Shown: positions 38,564-50,890 of the stretch, piece after piece
Position numbering within the stretch: position 1 is the stretch's first letter
How the letters are laid out: every line of letters begins with the position of its first letter
NCBI RefSeq assembly: GCF_001194135.2
Contig: NC_068983.1
Location: 166,727,024 to 166,791,023 of the forward strand
Length of the DNA stretch: 64,000 bases
DNA from: Octopus bimaculoides
Lineage: Eukaryota
Direction of reading: 5' to 3'
Notes under the pieces: generated by a model
The model's input: the letters and a program-made list of their open reading frames with translations, nothing else
Told to the model about the DNA's origin: nothing
Database searches by the model: none
Position numbers and translations under genes: made by a program

Positions 38564-40149
38564 CTGGCAAAAAACAAACAGACAAATAATCAAACAAACT
38601 AATCAATTGGATGCAATTCGTTTCATTTATGGAAAATATTCAAAAATATAAGCAGCAATTTCCGGGGGTGGGGGTGGAGGAGGGCTTAAAAGTAACAAGT
38701 AAGGTTTAGAAAGGTAAAATGCAATAAAAGGGATTAGGATTAAAAAGATGATACACTTTAAAACCACTGTTTCTCAACTGAGGTTCATATGGCCCTGGCG
38801 GGGGNNNNNNNNNNNNNNNNNNNNNNNNNNNNNNNNNNNNNNNNNNNNNNNNNNNNNNNNNNNNNNNNNNNNNNNNNNNNNNNNNNNNNNNNNNNNNNNN
38901 NNNNNNNNNNNNNNNNNNNNNNNNNNNNNNNNNNNNNNNNNNNNNNNNNNNNNNNNNNNNNNNNNNNNNNNNNNNNNNNNNNNNNNNNNNNNNNNNNNNN
39001 NNNNNNNNNNNNNNNNNNNNNNNNNNNNNNNNNNNNNNNNNNNNNNNNNNNNNNNNNNNNNNNNNNNNNNNNNNNNNNNNNNNNNNNNNNNNNNNNNNNN
39101 NNNNNNNNNNNNNNNNNNNNNNNNNNNNNNNNNNNNNNNNNNNNNNNNNNNNNNNNNNNNNNNNNNNNNNNNNNNNNNNNNNNNNNNNNNNNNNNNNNNN
39201 NNNNNNNNNNNNNNNNNNNNNNNNNNNNNNNNNNNNNNNNNNNNNNNNNNNNNNNNNNNNNNNNNNNNNNNNNNNNNNNNNNNNNNNNNNNNNNNNNNNN
39301 NNNNNNNNNNNNNNNNNNNNNNNNNNNNNNNNNNNNNNNNNNNNNNNNNNNNNNNNNNNNNNNNNNNNNNNNNNNNNNNNNNNNNNNNNNNNNNNNNNNN
39401 NNNNNNNNNNNNNNNNNNNNNNNNNNNNNNNNNNNNNNNNNNNNNNNNNNNNNNNNNNNNNNNNNNNNNNNNNNNNNNNNNNNNNNNNNNNNNNNNNNNN
39501 NNNNNNNNNNNNNNNNNNNNNNNNNNNNNNNNNNNNNNNNNTGGGACTGAACCCAGGGCCATATGAGTGGGAAGCCAACTTCTCAACCACAAAACCACAC
39601 CTGCACTTATGGGTTCTAATAATTAATTAGCATTAAAAGATGCAAATTAATAAACTTTGGCCCAAACCATCGAATGAGCAAACCATTTAGAAAGAAAAAA
39701 GCTCTTCAACTTTTATTGTTCTTTACTGTTTTTTTTTTTTAATGAACTTATCTCTTGATATCTGAGGGATTTTGGTCAAACTTCTGCCACTGCCATCACC
39801 AACACCACCAGTGAAAAGTACAAGTCTTAATAAAATCAAGTAAACTCCAAAATCAGTGCCCCAGTATGGCCACATTCCGACTGAAACCAGTTAAAAAAGC
39901 AACAGAAATGCTAGAAGTGAGTAATGTAGTTTTGACATGATAAGGTTAGGTGTGAGCATTCGGTTGCTAGAACCATGACTATTTAATTCAGAGCTTTGTT
40001 TGAGTTTGAATAACTCCATTGTGTTGAGCTCTGTTGAGTCATTGAGGGCTTTTACGGGTTACATGTGTCATAAACAGGCTTCAAACAAGAAGCCACCTAA
40101 CAACAGCTACAACTAATAAAACTGCGGCTGCTGCTGCTGCTACCACTAC

Positions 40150-42890
40150 AACCACTACTGCTACAGTAGAAACATTATTCAAAAAGGATATGTAACATAT
40201 GTGAAGTGAAATAGTTACCACTGGGAGTGGAGACGAAGCTGCTTCACTGAGAACTTGCATTACTCCACAGTGTCTATAGTTGTCGCTTATTCACCACCAC
40301 CATATACATTGTGGTGGTAGCGGCGGTGAGGGTAATAATTGAAGTTGGTGCTGCTAATGGTTGACAACACCAACTTCAGGAAACCAGCCAGTCACCTGAT
40401 AAGCTATCATCAATCTAGTGGCCATACTAACCACATAGACTACATTCTCACCAGAAAGTGAGATACATGGTTGCAGACAAATGCAAAGATCTTCCCTGAT
40501 GAAGAATGTACTCCCCAGCATAGATTAGTCATTAGTGAGTTCAGACCTCAAGCTAGAAGGATCCAAGAAGCAGACCATTGTGGAAAAGAAGTATTTGGAA
40601 GCTTAAGGATCCTGTGAAGAGTGAGAGATTTAGAAACACCCTAATTGAAACATTGAATGAGAAGGTGGAGTTATAGACATGTAACATAGAGGACAACTGT
40701 AAATTCCTACAGACAACTTACTGAGGGCCACAGAGCAAATCTGTGGCTGGTGCAAAGTCTCAAGTAGACCTAGGGTGACGTGGAACAATGTAGCCGACAG
40801 GGCTGTGAAGAAACAGGCCTGAAAGAGAATTATATCAGGTAGCTAGAAGGGAGGCTAGGAGACAGGTATACTTAGCCAGGGAAAAAGTTTGCTAATGTTC
40901 TGCAATGTGAGGACCAGAGTCTTGAGATGTTTCAGATTGCAACATAGTGTGTCAAGGAAAATTGTGATGTTGTGGGAGAGAAGTGTGTTCACATGGATGA
41001 TGGCTCACTTGCAGTTAGTGGTTCTACAAAGAAGGAGGCTTGGAAGGGCCACTATGAAAAGTTGCTAAATGCATGGGAGAAGAGGAGCCTGCCCAACGTG
41101 GACCCAACAGAGGTACTGGTTATTCAGATTGGTAGTAGCTTAGTAGAATAAATAATTAAGGAAAAGCCCCTGGCCCATCAGAAATCACTGCTGAGAAGCT
41201 TAAAATATCTGGTGGAGTGGGTTATAGTCTAGCCACCCACATAGTTAATCAGGTTGTCCATGAGGGAGTCATGTTCAATGACTGGTATAGCAGAATTGTA
41301 GTGAACTTTCATACAGATAAAATTGATGCCTTAAAAATAATTACAGAGGGATCAAATTGCTGGACCACATGATGAAAGTTACAGAAAGGGTCATCACTCA
41401 ATTAATTAGGAAGGGAGTTAGCTGAGATGAGATGCAGTTTGGTTGTGTGCCAGGGAGAAGCAGCACTGATGCTCTATTCCTGGTTAGGCAACTGCAGGAG
41501 AAATATTTAGCCAAGAATAAACCTCTGTATTTGGTTTTTGTTGACATGGAGAAGCCTTTGACAGGGTCTCTTACTCCTTTGTCTGCTGGGCAATGTGGAA
41601 GATAGGGATGGATGAGTAGTTGGTGAGAGTTGTACAAGCCATGTCAGGAAGGTGAAAGTCAGCAATAAATATAACAAGAAATTTAGTGTACAGACTGGAA
41701 TTCACCAAGGATTGGTTCTCAGCCCCTTGTTTATCGTAGTCCTCCAAGTCATAAGAATCAAATTTAAGTTAGGTTGCCCTTGGGAGCTTCTCTATGCTGA
41801 TGACCTTGTTCTTATTGCTGAATCACCACTAGAACTAGCAAAGAAATTTCAGGTGTGAAAGCAAAGTCTGAAATCAAAGGACCTTAGAGTTAATTTAGCA
41901 AAGACCAAGGTCCTAATTAGTAGGAAAACAGACAAATGACTGATCCCTTCTGGGAGATGTCTCTGTTCGATATGTAGGAAAGGTGTTGGGAGAAACTCCA
42001 TACGGTGTACCCAGTGCAAGCTATGGACAGATAAGAGGTGCAGTGGTATCACTGGAAGATTAACAGAGAAAGTGGTCTTTACATGTGGCAGATGTGCAAA
42101 GCAACCACGTTAGCAGTGGAGGAGGCAGTTCTAAAAGTGTAGCTGCTAGAATAAGAATGGGCTGGACGAAGTAACAAAGGGCCTCTCCCTCAGAGTGAAA
42201 GGTAGATTGTACGATGCCTGTGTACGAACAGCTATGCTGCATGGCAGTGAGACATGGGCTGTGATTGCTGAGGACATGCAAAGGCTTGAAAGAAATGAAG
42301 CCAGTATGCTCCAGTGGATGGGTAATGTCAGTGTGCGTATACGACAGAGTGTAAGTGATTTGAGAGATGAAATCAACTAGGTATAAGAGGCATCAGATGT
42401 GTAAAAGGGAGAAGACTCCACTGGTTTGGTAATGTGTTGTGTGTGGATGAAGACAGTTGCATCAAGAGGTGCTGATCTGTAATGGTGGAAGGGGTAGACC
42501 CAGGAAGACGTGAGATGAAGTGATGAGAAAGGAACTTCAAATACTGGGCTTCGCTAAGGGGATAACAAAGGACCAAACTTCTAGTGGTTTGGTGTGCTTG
42601 AGAAGAGACATCGAGCTAAGTAAAACGCTGGCCATACAGACATGTCCTCTATGTCCCTCTATCAACTGAGAGGCCCTAGTTTTGTAGGCTTGTGGGTGCT
42701 AGTGCCATGTAAAAAGCAGCCAATACATTCTATAAAGAGGTTGGTGTTAGAAAGAGCATCCAGCCACAGAAACTGTGCCAAAACAGATAAAATGGAGCTC
42801 AGGTAGCTCTCTAGGTGGCCACCTCCTCTTAATCCATCCAACCCATGCCAGCATAGAAAATAGACATCACATGATGAAGATGATGATGAC
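40150..42890 (+). mobile_element. Long decayed RTE-clade LINE (endonuclease relic, RT, Cys-rich insert, 3' UTR) in a CPT2 intron
   Basis: HIDYIL-like APE motif near 40430. RT motifs QGxVLSP and LLYADDLVLIAES (ORF 41652-41858). CSICRKGVGRNSIRCTQCKLW Cys cluster, GRLYDACVRTAMLHGSETW (ORF 42195), (GAT)n-like tail. Many stops and frameshifts. Confidence 0.92.
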
Positions 42891-43250
42891 AACTGGATCC
42901 CCTTCCAGACACCAAACCTTATTTGTTCGAGTGAGGGATTTTACTGCATGACCTGCTGTGGTTGCTCGACATTTTGTTGATGTGGGTAGAGATTCTGTTA
43001 CTGCTGGGTGAACAGCATCTATGTGAAGACACACACATATACACAATGGTCTTCCACACAGTTTCCATCTTCCAAATCCACTCACAAAGCACTTGTTGGC
43101 TCAGAGTTATAGCAGAAGGCACTTGCCCAAGATGCTGTGCAGTGGGGTAGAACCTGAACCCCACTGGTTACAAAGCAAGTTTCTTAACCACACAGCCACA
43201 CCTGGAAGGTATTTATTACACTTTTTGAAGATTTCACAAGAAAGTCTCAC

Positions 43251-43384
43251 CTGACAACTTTCCGAAACGTCTCCGTGTCACTCTTTTTCGGATTCAAATG
43301 GAAAACTTCTGGTTCCAGGGTTTCTTCCTCCAAAGATTTCATGAAGCGAAGACTTGAAAAAATTATGTTTGTCGCACGAATCAA
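43251..43384 (-). CDS. CPT2: CPT2 coding exon ([14 protein letters not shown]...[23 protein letters not shown])
   Basis: Inside ORF 43247-43492. CPT2-specific [10 protein letters not shown] motif. Acceptor ccccag, donor AG|gtgaga. Confidence 0.96.
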
Positions 43385-43728
43385 CTGGGGAGGGAAAAAA
43401 TAAAATGGGGTAAAATAAAATAAAAAGAAACAAATACAATAATTCTTTCTAATTTTTGGCACAAAGACCAACAATTTTGAGGGGAGGGGCAAGTCAGTTA
43501 TATTGACACCAGTACGTGACTGGTACTTATTTAATCAAACCCAAAAGAATGAAAAACAAAGTTGACCTTGGCAGGATTTGAACTCAAAATGTAGAACATT
43601 TTGTCCAGTGAACTAATGGTTGACACCTCATCAAAGAACAGACCACTGCAAGAATGAAGCATTCATAATATCTACCTATCATATATTCTTTTATTCATTT
43701 CAGCCATGCAGCCATCGTCGGGCTGGAG

Positions 43729-43760
<32 letters not shown>

Positions 43761-44049
43761 GGTTATGAGAGGTAACGGTGTCAATAAGAGGCAAAGGTGT
43801 CAGGTAATGCTGAGTAAGTGCTATGGATAGACTATATTAAAGCTCCAGGTTCGGTGATTATGCGAATAAGGGGTCCAACGTAGGTGATATATTAGCATGT
43901 GTATATATAAAAAATCTTTTTTCAGAATGAGATAAAAAAAAGCAAGGCTGTGAAGATTTTAGAACATTTATAAATAGAAGGTCTTACAGCTGTTTCCTGG
44001 AAAATGGAAGCAAGAAATTATGCTGCAGTGGCAGAAGAAAAGAGTGAAG

Positions 44050-44460
44050 ACGTGAGTCTGGAAGAATTAAGGAGATTTTTTTAAATGCTTACAAGGGAGG
44101 GGAATGAAGTGAAGGTGTTCCCTACCAAAGAAGTTTTAAAGGAGAAACAAGAAAGAACAATTATTTACAGGACGTACTCTGCAGCAGTAAAGAGAATTAA
44201 AGTCATGTTGACGGTGCAAGTTGAAAAGGCACTTAGAGCAATCTGGTAAGGGATTTCCCACCTTGCCAGAGGAAAAAAGTTTGGGATGGTGGAGGTGCAG
44301 TTCTGGGAGGTAGCTACCACCAGAGTGCACTTGGCTACACCACTGAGAACGGATAAGGTGGTGCTTCTGCCCGTATACCTTGGGAGATATGCTTCTAGGG
44401 GAAATACCCCCAGAAGTGGATGTAGCCTGGCTGGTAGCTGGACATTTGTCCTCATCTAGT
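44050..44460 (-). mobile_element. CR1/L2-superclade LINE 3' relic
   Basis: Fragmented translation resembling the ..FFP..ARLWNSLP...F end of CR1/L2/Crack ORF2. Confidence 0.5.
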
Positions 44461-45133
44461 GATATGCTAAAGAAATATTTTCTATGTCACAATGTGGGAA
44501 TATCTTTCAAATAATGTCTATGAGATGTCCTGTATAGTAGTGTAAAGTAAATATTCTGTATGGCAGAGTACAACAAGTACATTTGCATGACAGAGTACAT
44601 GTGAATACAATAGGCAGCAGCATCATTGTTTCAATGTCTACTTTTCCATGCTTGCATGGGTCAAAGTTTTGCGTGACTGGGTGCCCTTCCTGTCACCAAC
44701 CTCCATTTGTTTCCAAGCAAATGAATAATCACCCAGTTCACTGAACAACAAACAGTGAAACACGTTGGATGTCAAGAACTGAAAACAAACAACATTGAAA
44801 TGAAGCTTTTGCTAGCAAGGATCCCAAAATAAAACAGAACTATTATCTTATGAAGAGCCTGATTGAAGCATTGTGATAAAGAAGTAAAATAAAAAGGATG
44901 GAGATTTTCTAACAATGGAAAAAGGAAGTTTAATAACCTTTTGATATATTTCAGGCATAATAATGGCCCATCATCAGAAGTGAACATTCGAGAAATGTTT
45001 ATCTTTTCTATTGTACAAACATAAAGGAACAATAAATATTGTTGTGGTTATATTCATTATTTTATTATGATTTCAGTTTAGGTTTTTGAAATAATTTTTT
45101 GGTATTTAATGGAATATTTCATTCAATTTTTAC

Positions 45134-45237
45134 CTGGTTGTTGTATTCCGGCCGTGGGTCATCAATGACTGTCGTGAATGGGGTGTGATTCAGTACAACT
45201 GGACGTCGATCTTTCAAATACATATCAAACCAAGGAG
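45134..45237 (-). CDS. CPT2: CPT2 coding exon (APWFDMYLKDRRPVVLNHTPF...DPRPEYNNQ)
   Basis: Manual reverse-complement translation gives the PWFDMYL motif. Acceptor ggacag, donor CAG|gtaaaa. Phase 1 to 0. Confidence 0.95.
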
Positions 45238-45891
45238 CTGTCCAAATCAATAACAAAATCAATATCAACACTAAAACATCACACACACAATCATCATCAG
45301 CAGCAGCATCATTTTAATGTCCACTTTTCCACGCTTGGATGGATCAGATGGAACTTTGTTGAGGCAGATTTTCTCCAGCTGGATGTTCTTCCTGTTGCCA
45401 ACCCTCACCAAGCAAAGTAATATTTTTCCATGGCCTGACACGTTCTTCACTGAACATTGCAAATGAACAACACTGCTTGTATGACAGTGACTCTCATTTA
45501 CAACCATCACATGATGTCAACACAAGAACACACCATTTTCACAAGGCATTGCTGTACCTGAATCTACAAAAGAAGGTACTTCATCTTGCCTGACTGCTCC
45601 AAAATGCCCTACTCACAAATGCAGGCCCCTAGTAGGGTCAAACTGAAAAGTCCTTGGAGTGGGACTGAACCAGAGACCACAACCTCATGAAATACACTTA
45701 GTAACTACACAACTAAACCCTTTATTACAAACTCAATAAAATAAATACAAAACAATAATTAAACGTTGATTTAATTGACTTTATTAATCTGCTGTTATGT
45801 TTTTTTTTGCAAATGGAGGAAATTATGATTAGATTAAGCTTATTTCTCCATCTTAAAACTGTTTATATTTTGAAACCCACATAAATGTGGC

Positions 45892-45955
45892 TGTATGTGT
45901 TTATGTATGTGGCTGTATGTGTTTATGTATGTGGCTGTATGTGTTTATGTATGTG
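45892..45955. repeat. 22-bp minisatellite x3 (atgtggctgtatgtgtttatgt)
   Basis: Directly visible tandem copies. Confidence 0.9.
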
Positions 45956-47810
45956 TATGCTTGCATGCATGTGTGTATGGGATATTGGTAAATTTAATCT
46001 AGAAATATACATTTTCTAATAAATGCTGTTAATGAAATTACAACTTTATATTGAAGGGCTTAAGTTAATGATTGTAAATTTTTCTTAAATTAGTTTTCAT
46101 TTAATCAAATTTAACTTTGTTTTTATTTTTAATTACCATTTGGTAATTGTTGCTATATTCTGTTTGTGGTTCCAACTTTCAGGAGGGAATCAGAAAATGA
46201 AGGCTGTTAACTTCTTAACAATAGCTTCCTTCTGCAGAAACAGATAGACAGACATACATCATCAGCATCATCATCATCATTGTTGTTGTCGTTTTCAACA
46301 TCCACTTTCCCATGCTTGCATGGGTTGGATGGAATTCATTGAGGCAGATTTTCTACAGCTGGCTACCCTTCTGTTGTCAATTTTCACCTGCTTACAATTA
46401 AGATATTTCCCTTTGACCAGACATGTTTCCGTTGAAGATTGGAAACTGTGACACTCACAACTATCATGTGACATCAAGGCAAGAGACAGTAACGCACATA
46501 CACACAATGGGCTTCTTTCAGTTTCCATCTACCAAATCCACTCACAAGGCTTTGGTTGGTCCCTGCTATAACAGAAAACATTTGCCCAAGGTGCCATGCA
46601 GTGGAGCTGAACCCAAAACCATGTGGTTGGAAAGCAAACTTCTTAACCACACAGCCACCCCTCTGCCTATCGCTCAAGGTTAGTCTCTTCTCCTTCGTTT
46701 AACAAATAAAATCTCACATCAGGGAAGTGGGGGGGGGGCAAGTACCAAGAGGGGTCAAGGATCAAATTGTTGGTCATCTTAGAAACTTTACTCTTTTTAT
46801 TTCTGTAAATTTTAGTTGAAATGTCCCTGGTGTCAAATAAATTAAAACATGCCAGTAATATACTGGGGTCAATACAATTAACTAAGCCCTCTTAAAGTAG
46901 TTTTTGTTGTATTTTATTTTTAATTTCTCTTTCCAGGTGAAAGACAAAAATCAGTAAACATTTACAGAAAGGAAAATCCAGTCACCCCCACACCCCACAC
47001 TCCACCATGCCACAACACACACAACCGAACAGAAAAAAACAAAAACGATGACCATCACCATCATCAACATCATTGTAATGATTTATTCATTTGGAATAGT
47101 TTGCTATAAATTCTTTAACTTAGCAAACACCCTTAGCTAATGAGCAGCTTAATTAAAAAGATCCAAACGAACATATTCATTAAACTAAATATTAACAATT
47201 GCAGAGCCTGTTTTTTTTTTTTAGCTGCATTGCGTCACTTCCTCCTCTTCTACTGTCTCTATGATTCTTTCTCTCTGACTACGCACGTGCATAGCATTCT
47301 GTTATTCATTGCCTGCCACCAAGCCTAATATGTGCACTCATCTTGCACTTCATGTGTTAGCTCTCTCTCTCTCTTACTCTCTTTACAATGTAAAGTGTAG
47401 CTGGAGGCGTCAAGCACATATACCAGCTATTGGTATTTTAGAGCGATGCCTGAACAAAAATAACCAGCCGCCCAGGACCTCACAAGAAGCACTCCAGTTC
47501 TGCCTGGAAATTAATTATAAAAGAGACTCTCAATTCACTCCAAATTTTATTTTATTCCAATTCTAAACTTTCATTGAGCAAAACATTATGTAATGTCCAA
47601 CAGAATTATATTGTGTTATTATGAAACTATTATTCTGATAATCTAATGTTGTGTCATTCCAATAATCTCATATTCTGAGGCTCTAATATTATAGGCCAAT
47701 ATTCTAGTATTCTGTAATCTTCATATTCTGTTAATCTCTTTGTAAAAGGTTCTGTTTTGACAGAGGTTTCAAAATTAACATACCATGAAGGATAAAAAAG
47801 AAATACTTGC

Positions 47811-47870
47811 CTGAAATGTAACTGGTATGTTTGTTAGCTTTATCCAGAGCAACAAGTTCATCATGAAGGG
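47811..47870 (-). CDS. CPT2: CPT2 coding exon ([20 protein letters not shown])
   Basis: Acceptor ttttcag. Peptide matches vertebrate CPT2 [20 protein letters not shown]. Donor is TCAG|gcaagt (GC-AG intron). Confidence 0.95.
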
Positions 47871-48142
47871 CTGAAAATACACACATACACATGTATATAT
47901 ATAATAATAATAACAATAATAACAGTGGTCTTAAATTTTGGCACAAGGCCAGCAATTTGGGGACATGGGATAAGTCAGTTACATCGACCCCGGTGCTCAT
48001 CTGGTAATTATTTTATGGACGTGAGAGGATAAGAGGCAAAGTCAACACACCCACACAAACATATCCATATGACGGGACAGCCACTTTTTGCTTTTTGTCT
48101 TTATATTTCATAAAACAAGAAAATAACAGCTGTCATACTAAC

Positions 48143-48330
48143 CTTTTCCTTCGTTTTGTTCAAATTGTTTAACAATATTCTCCGTTGACTGATATTGTGT
48201 TTCGTTGAGTAAGGCCTTCTGGGTCAGCAGATAATTTCTACAAGTGCTTTCTAGACTAGGTATTGGAAGTCTGGGGAGACTTTTTTGAAAATGGTAAGTC
48301 GGTACTTTGCTTTTCTTCAGAAATTCTGAA
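48143..48330 (-). CDS. CPT2: CPT2 first identifiable coding exon (SEFLKKSKVPTYHFQKSLPRLPIPSLESTCRNYL...EQNEGK)
   Basis: Acceptor cttttattccag, donor G|gttagt. Translation carries the choline/carnitine acyltransferase N-terminal signature SLPRLPIP.LE.T..(R)YL. Phase 2 in, phase 1 out. Confidence 0.93.
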
Positions 48331-49743
48331 CTGGAATAAAAGCATAAAAGACATGACTTTGAAAAGAGAAAAAAGAAACTAAAGCAACAACAAAGGTGAT
48401 TTCTTCCATCAGTACAGGGATGGGAATCTAAGAGGGGCCATCATTATCATCGTCACCATCATCATTGACATCAACAACATTTTAGCGTTGCTTTTTCCAT
48501 GCTTGGATGGGTCAGACGGAACTTGCTGAGGCAGATTTTCTATAGCTGGATGCCCTTCCTGTTGCCAACCCACCCCTGTTTCTAAATGGAGTAATATTTC
48601 CACCATGATCAGGAATGTTTCCTACAGAAGACTGAAAATGAACAACCCTGCTTGTGTGATGGTGAGGCTCGTTTACAACCATCACATGATGTCAAAACAA
48701 GTGTACACACACACACACACACATATATGCTTACACATATGATATGTATAACACACATACCCGTATACACCTACGACAAGCTGAACTTCTTTCAGATTCC
48801 GTCAACCAAATCCAGTGGTAAGACTTTGGTTAATTCTGAAGCTACAGCAGAAGACACTTGCCCACGGCACTGTGAAGTGAGACTGAACACAAAAAACATT
48901 TGGTTAGGAAGCAGCCATACCTGCATCTAGGTATACTTTACCAGCTTCGAAGGATGAAAGATAAGGTCAATCCCTTGGAGGGATTTCAAGTAGAGAAATA
49001 GATGAATGGAGATTAAATGCTGTAAACCATTCATAAATGCTCCACCATTTATGTCTCACCACAGGCATTTCCATGGTGATGATGATGATAATATATCACA
49101 CTGTCACAAGACCACAAAACCGGGGTGGGGTGGGGTGGGGGGATAATGTATTAAATTAAATCCAGGTCATGCCAGGGTGGATTTTATTGATTGAAAAGTA
49201 ACGAAAGCAAGGAATTATCTAGAAGTTGACCAGTGTTCCCAGGCTGAAATTCCTCTGTTCAATTAACCTTTATCAACACCTAGAATTTCCCTCCAAGAAT
49301 GTTCGTTGCTTTTATTTACAATTAATCTTCTGATGAATAAAAGGGCTCACGTGTTACTAACTGCATTGGCAGACTGGAAGAGAACTGTGAATGCTTGACC
49401 ACATTCCAAATAACAAGTGTCCAATTTTGGTCTTTATTGACCAGAGGACTGTAGCTCTGTCAAAGAAGCTGGACAAAGACATCTCTGACAATTGGTGATC
49501 ACATCAGCTCAACATCCAGAATTTTCTACACATAATATAGTCTCAGAACATACTTCTGCATTTGTGAGAGAGGACTAGTTGATTACATCAACCCCAGTGT
49601 GTCACTGGTACTTAATTTATTGACGCTGAAGAATGAAAGGAAAAGTTGACCTCAGCAGAATTGAACTCAGAACAAAGAGGCAGATGAAACACCACAAAGC
49701 ATTTTGCCCAGCATGCTAACCATTCTGCCAGCACACTGCCTTC

Positions 49744-49765
49744 TTAATAATAATAATAATAATAA

Positions 49766-49800
<35 letters not shown>

Positions 49801-49804
49801 ATAG

Positions 49805-49850
<46 letters not shown>

Positions 49851-49876
49851 AATAATAATAATAATAATAATAATAG
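49744..49876. repeat. Compound trinucleotide microsatellite (AAT)n(AGT)n(GAT)n(AAT)n
   Basis: Directly visible. It produces the spurious homopolymer ORFs here. Confidence 0.97.
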
Positions 49877-50494
49877 TAGCCAGAGAGCTGAGGAGATTGT
49901 GGAAGATCAAGAGAACAATTCTTCCTGTAGGAATTGGTGAACTTGGCACAACACCAAGAATGCTGCCTAAAGAACTGAAAGAGATTGCAATTAAAACTTG
50001 TCAACTTGCAGAAAAGTACCATGTTATATTCTGCAAGAAACTGAAGAAAGATTCTTGAGATTTGAGTAGAATTCTGAGCCAAGAAATTAGTTTATATCAC
50101 AGAGCCTGGTACTAGACTGGTACCTTAGTTTATGAACCTGGGAGGGATAAAAGCAAAGTCGGTCTCAGCAAGATTTGAACTCAGAATGTAGAAAGCCAGA
50201 ATGAAAATAGTGAAAGGCATTTTTTCTGATATTAATGATTCTACCACCTTTGAATAATGGTTTCTGATTTGGGCCCAAGGTCAGCAGTTTTAAGGGGAAG
50301 AAGCAAGTCAATGCTATCAATGCCAGTACTTGCTTGGTACTCTGTTTTAAAGAACTTGGATGAAAAATAAAATTAACCTTAGTGTGGATTTGAACTCATA
50401 TTTATCTGATGAGATTATTCTATATTTTTGAGATAAGGAATTCTGTACATTATTTACAATGGACAGATAGGTATCTTCATCTTGTTTGTTGTTA

Positions 50495-50538
50495 CCATAG
50501 CGTTTCGGCTGATTTACTATCCAGCCTTCATCAGGTGG
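50495..50538 (-). ncRNA. Hammerhead ribozyme core (Penelope-type, type I)
   Basis: Minus strand reads cac CUGAUGA a GGCUG gauaguaaau CAGCC GAAA cgcu aug. Core and stem II are intact; stems III and I are mutated relative to the second copy. Confidence 0.7.
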
Positions 50539-50847
50539 GTTCTGGTGGAATTTAAAACTCTACCCTTTATTTGATTAATGGGGTACATTGTTCTCATTCC
50601 TAAGTTATGTTGCTGATGTTATTTTTATGTTGATATTATTTTTCAAGTCTCTGCCTGGGATTGAACTTAGAATCTGAGGGTAAGTAGCCTGCACTCTTAT
50701 CCACTATGTTTGGATTCTATGTTCGATCCCAAGCAGGGACTTGAAAAATAATATTAACAGAAAAATAACATCAGCCACATACCTTAGGAATAAGAACAAT
50801 GTACCCCATTAGTCAAATAAAGGGTCGGGTTCAAAATTCCACCAGAA

Positions 50848-50890
50848 CCCTTAATGGAGGCTGGAGAATACATCAGCTGAAACATTGTGA
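50848..50890 (+). ncRNA. Degenerate second hammerhead copy
   Basis: cc UUAAUGG a GGCUG gagaauacau CAGCU GAAA cauu gug, the core-mutated homolog of 50538-50495. Confidence 0.55.

Noticed and set aside
49704-50082. Poly-N/S/D, poly-I/T, poly-Y/H and poly-M ORFs
   Set aside because: Translations of a compound trinucleotide microsatellite; no splice or homology support.
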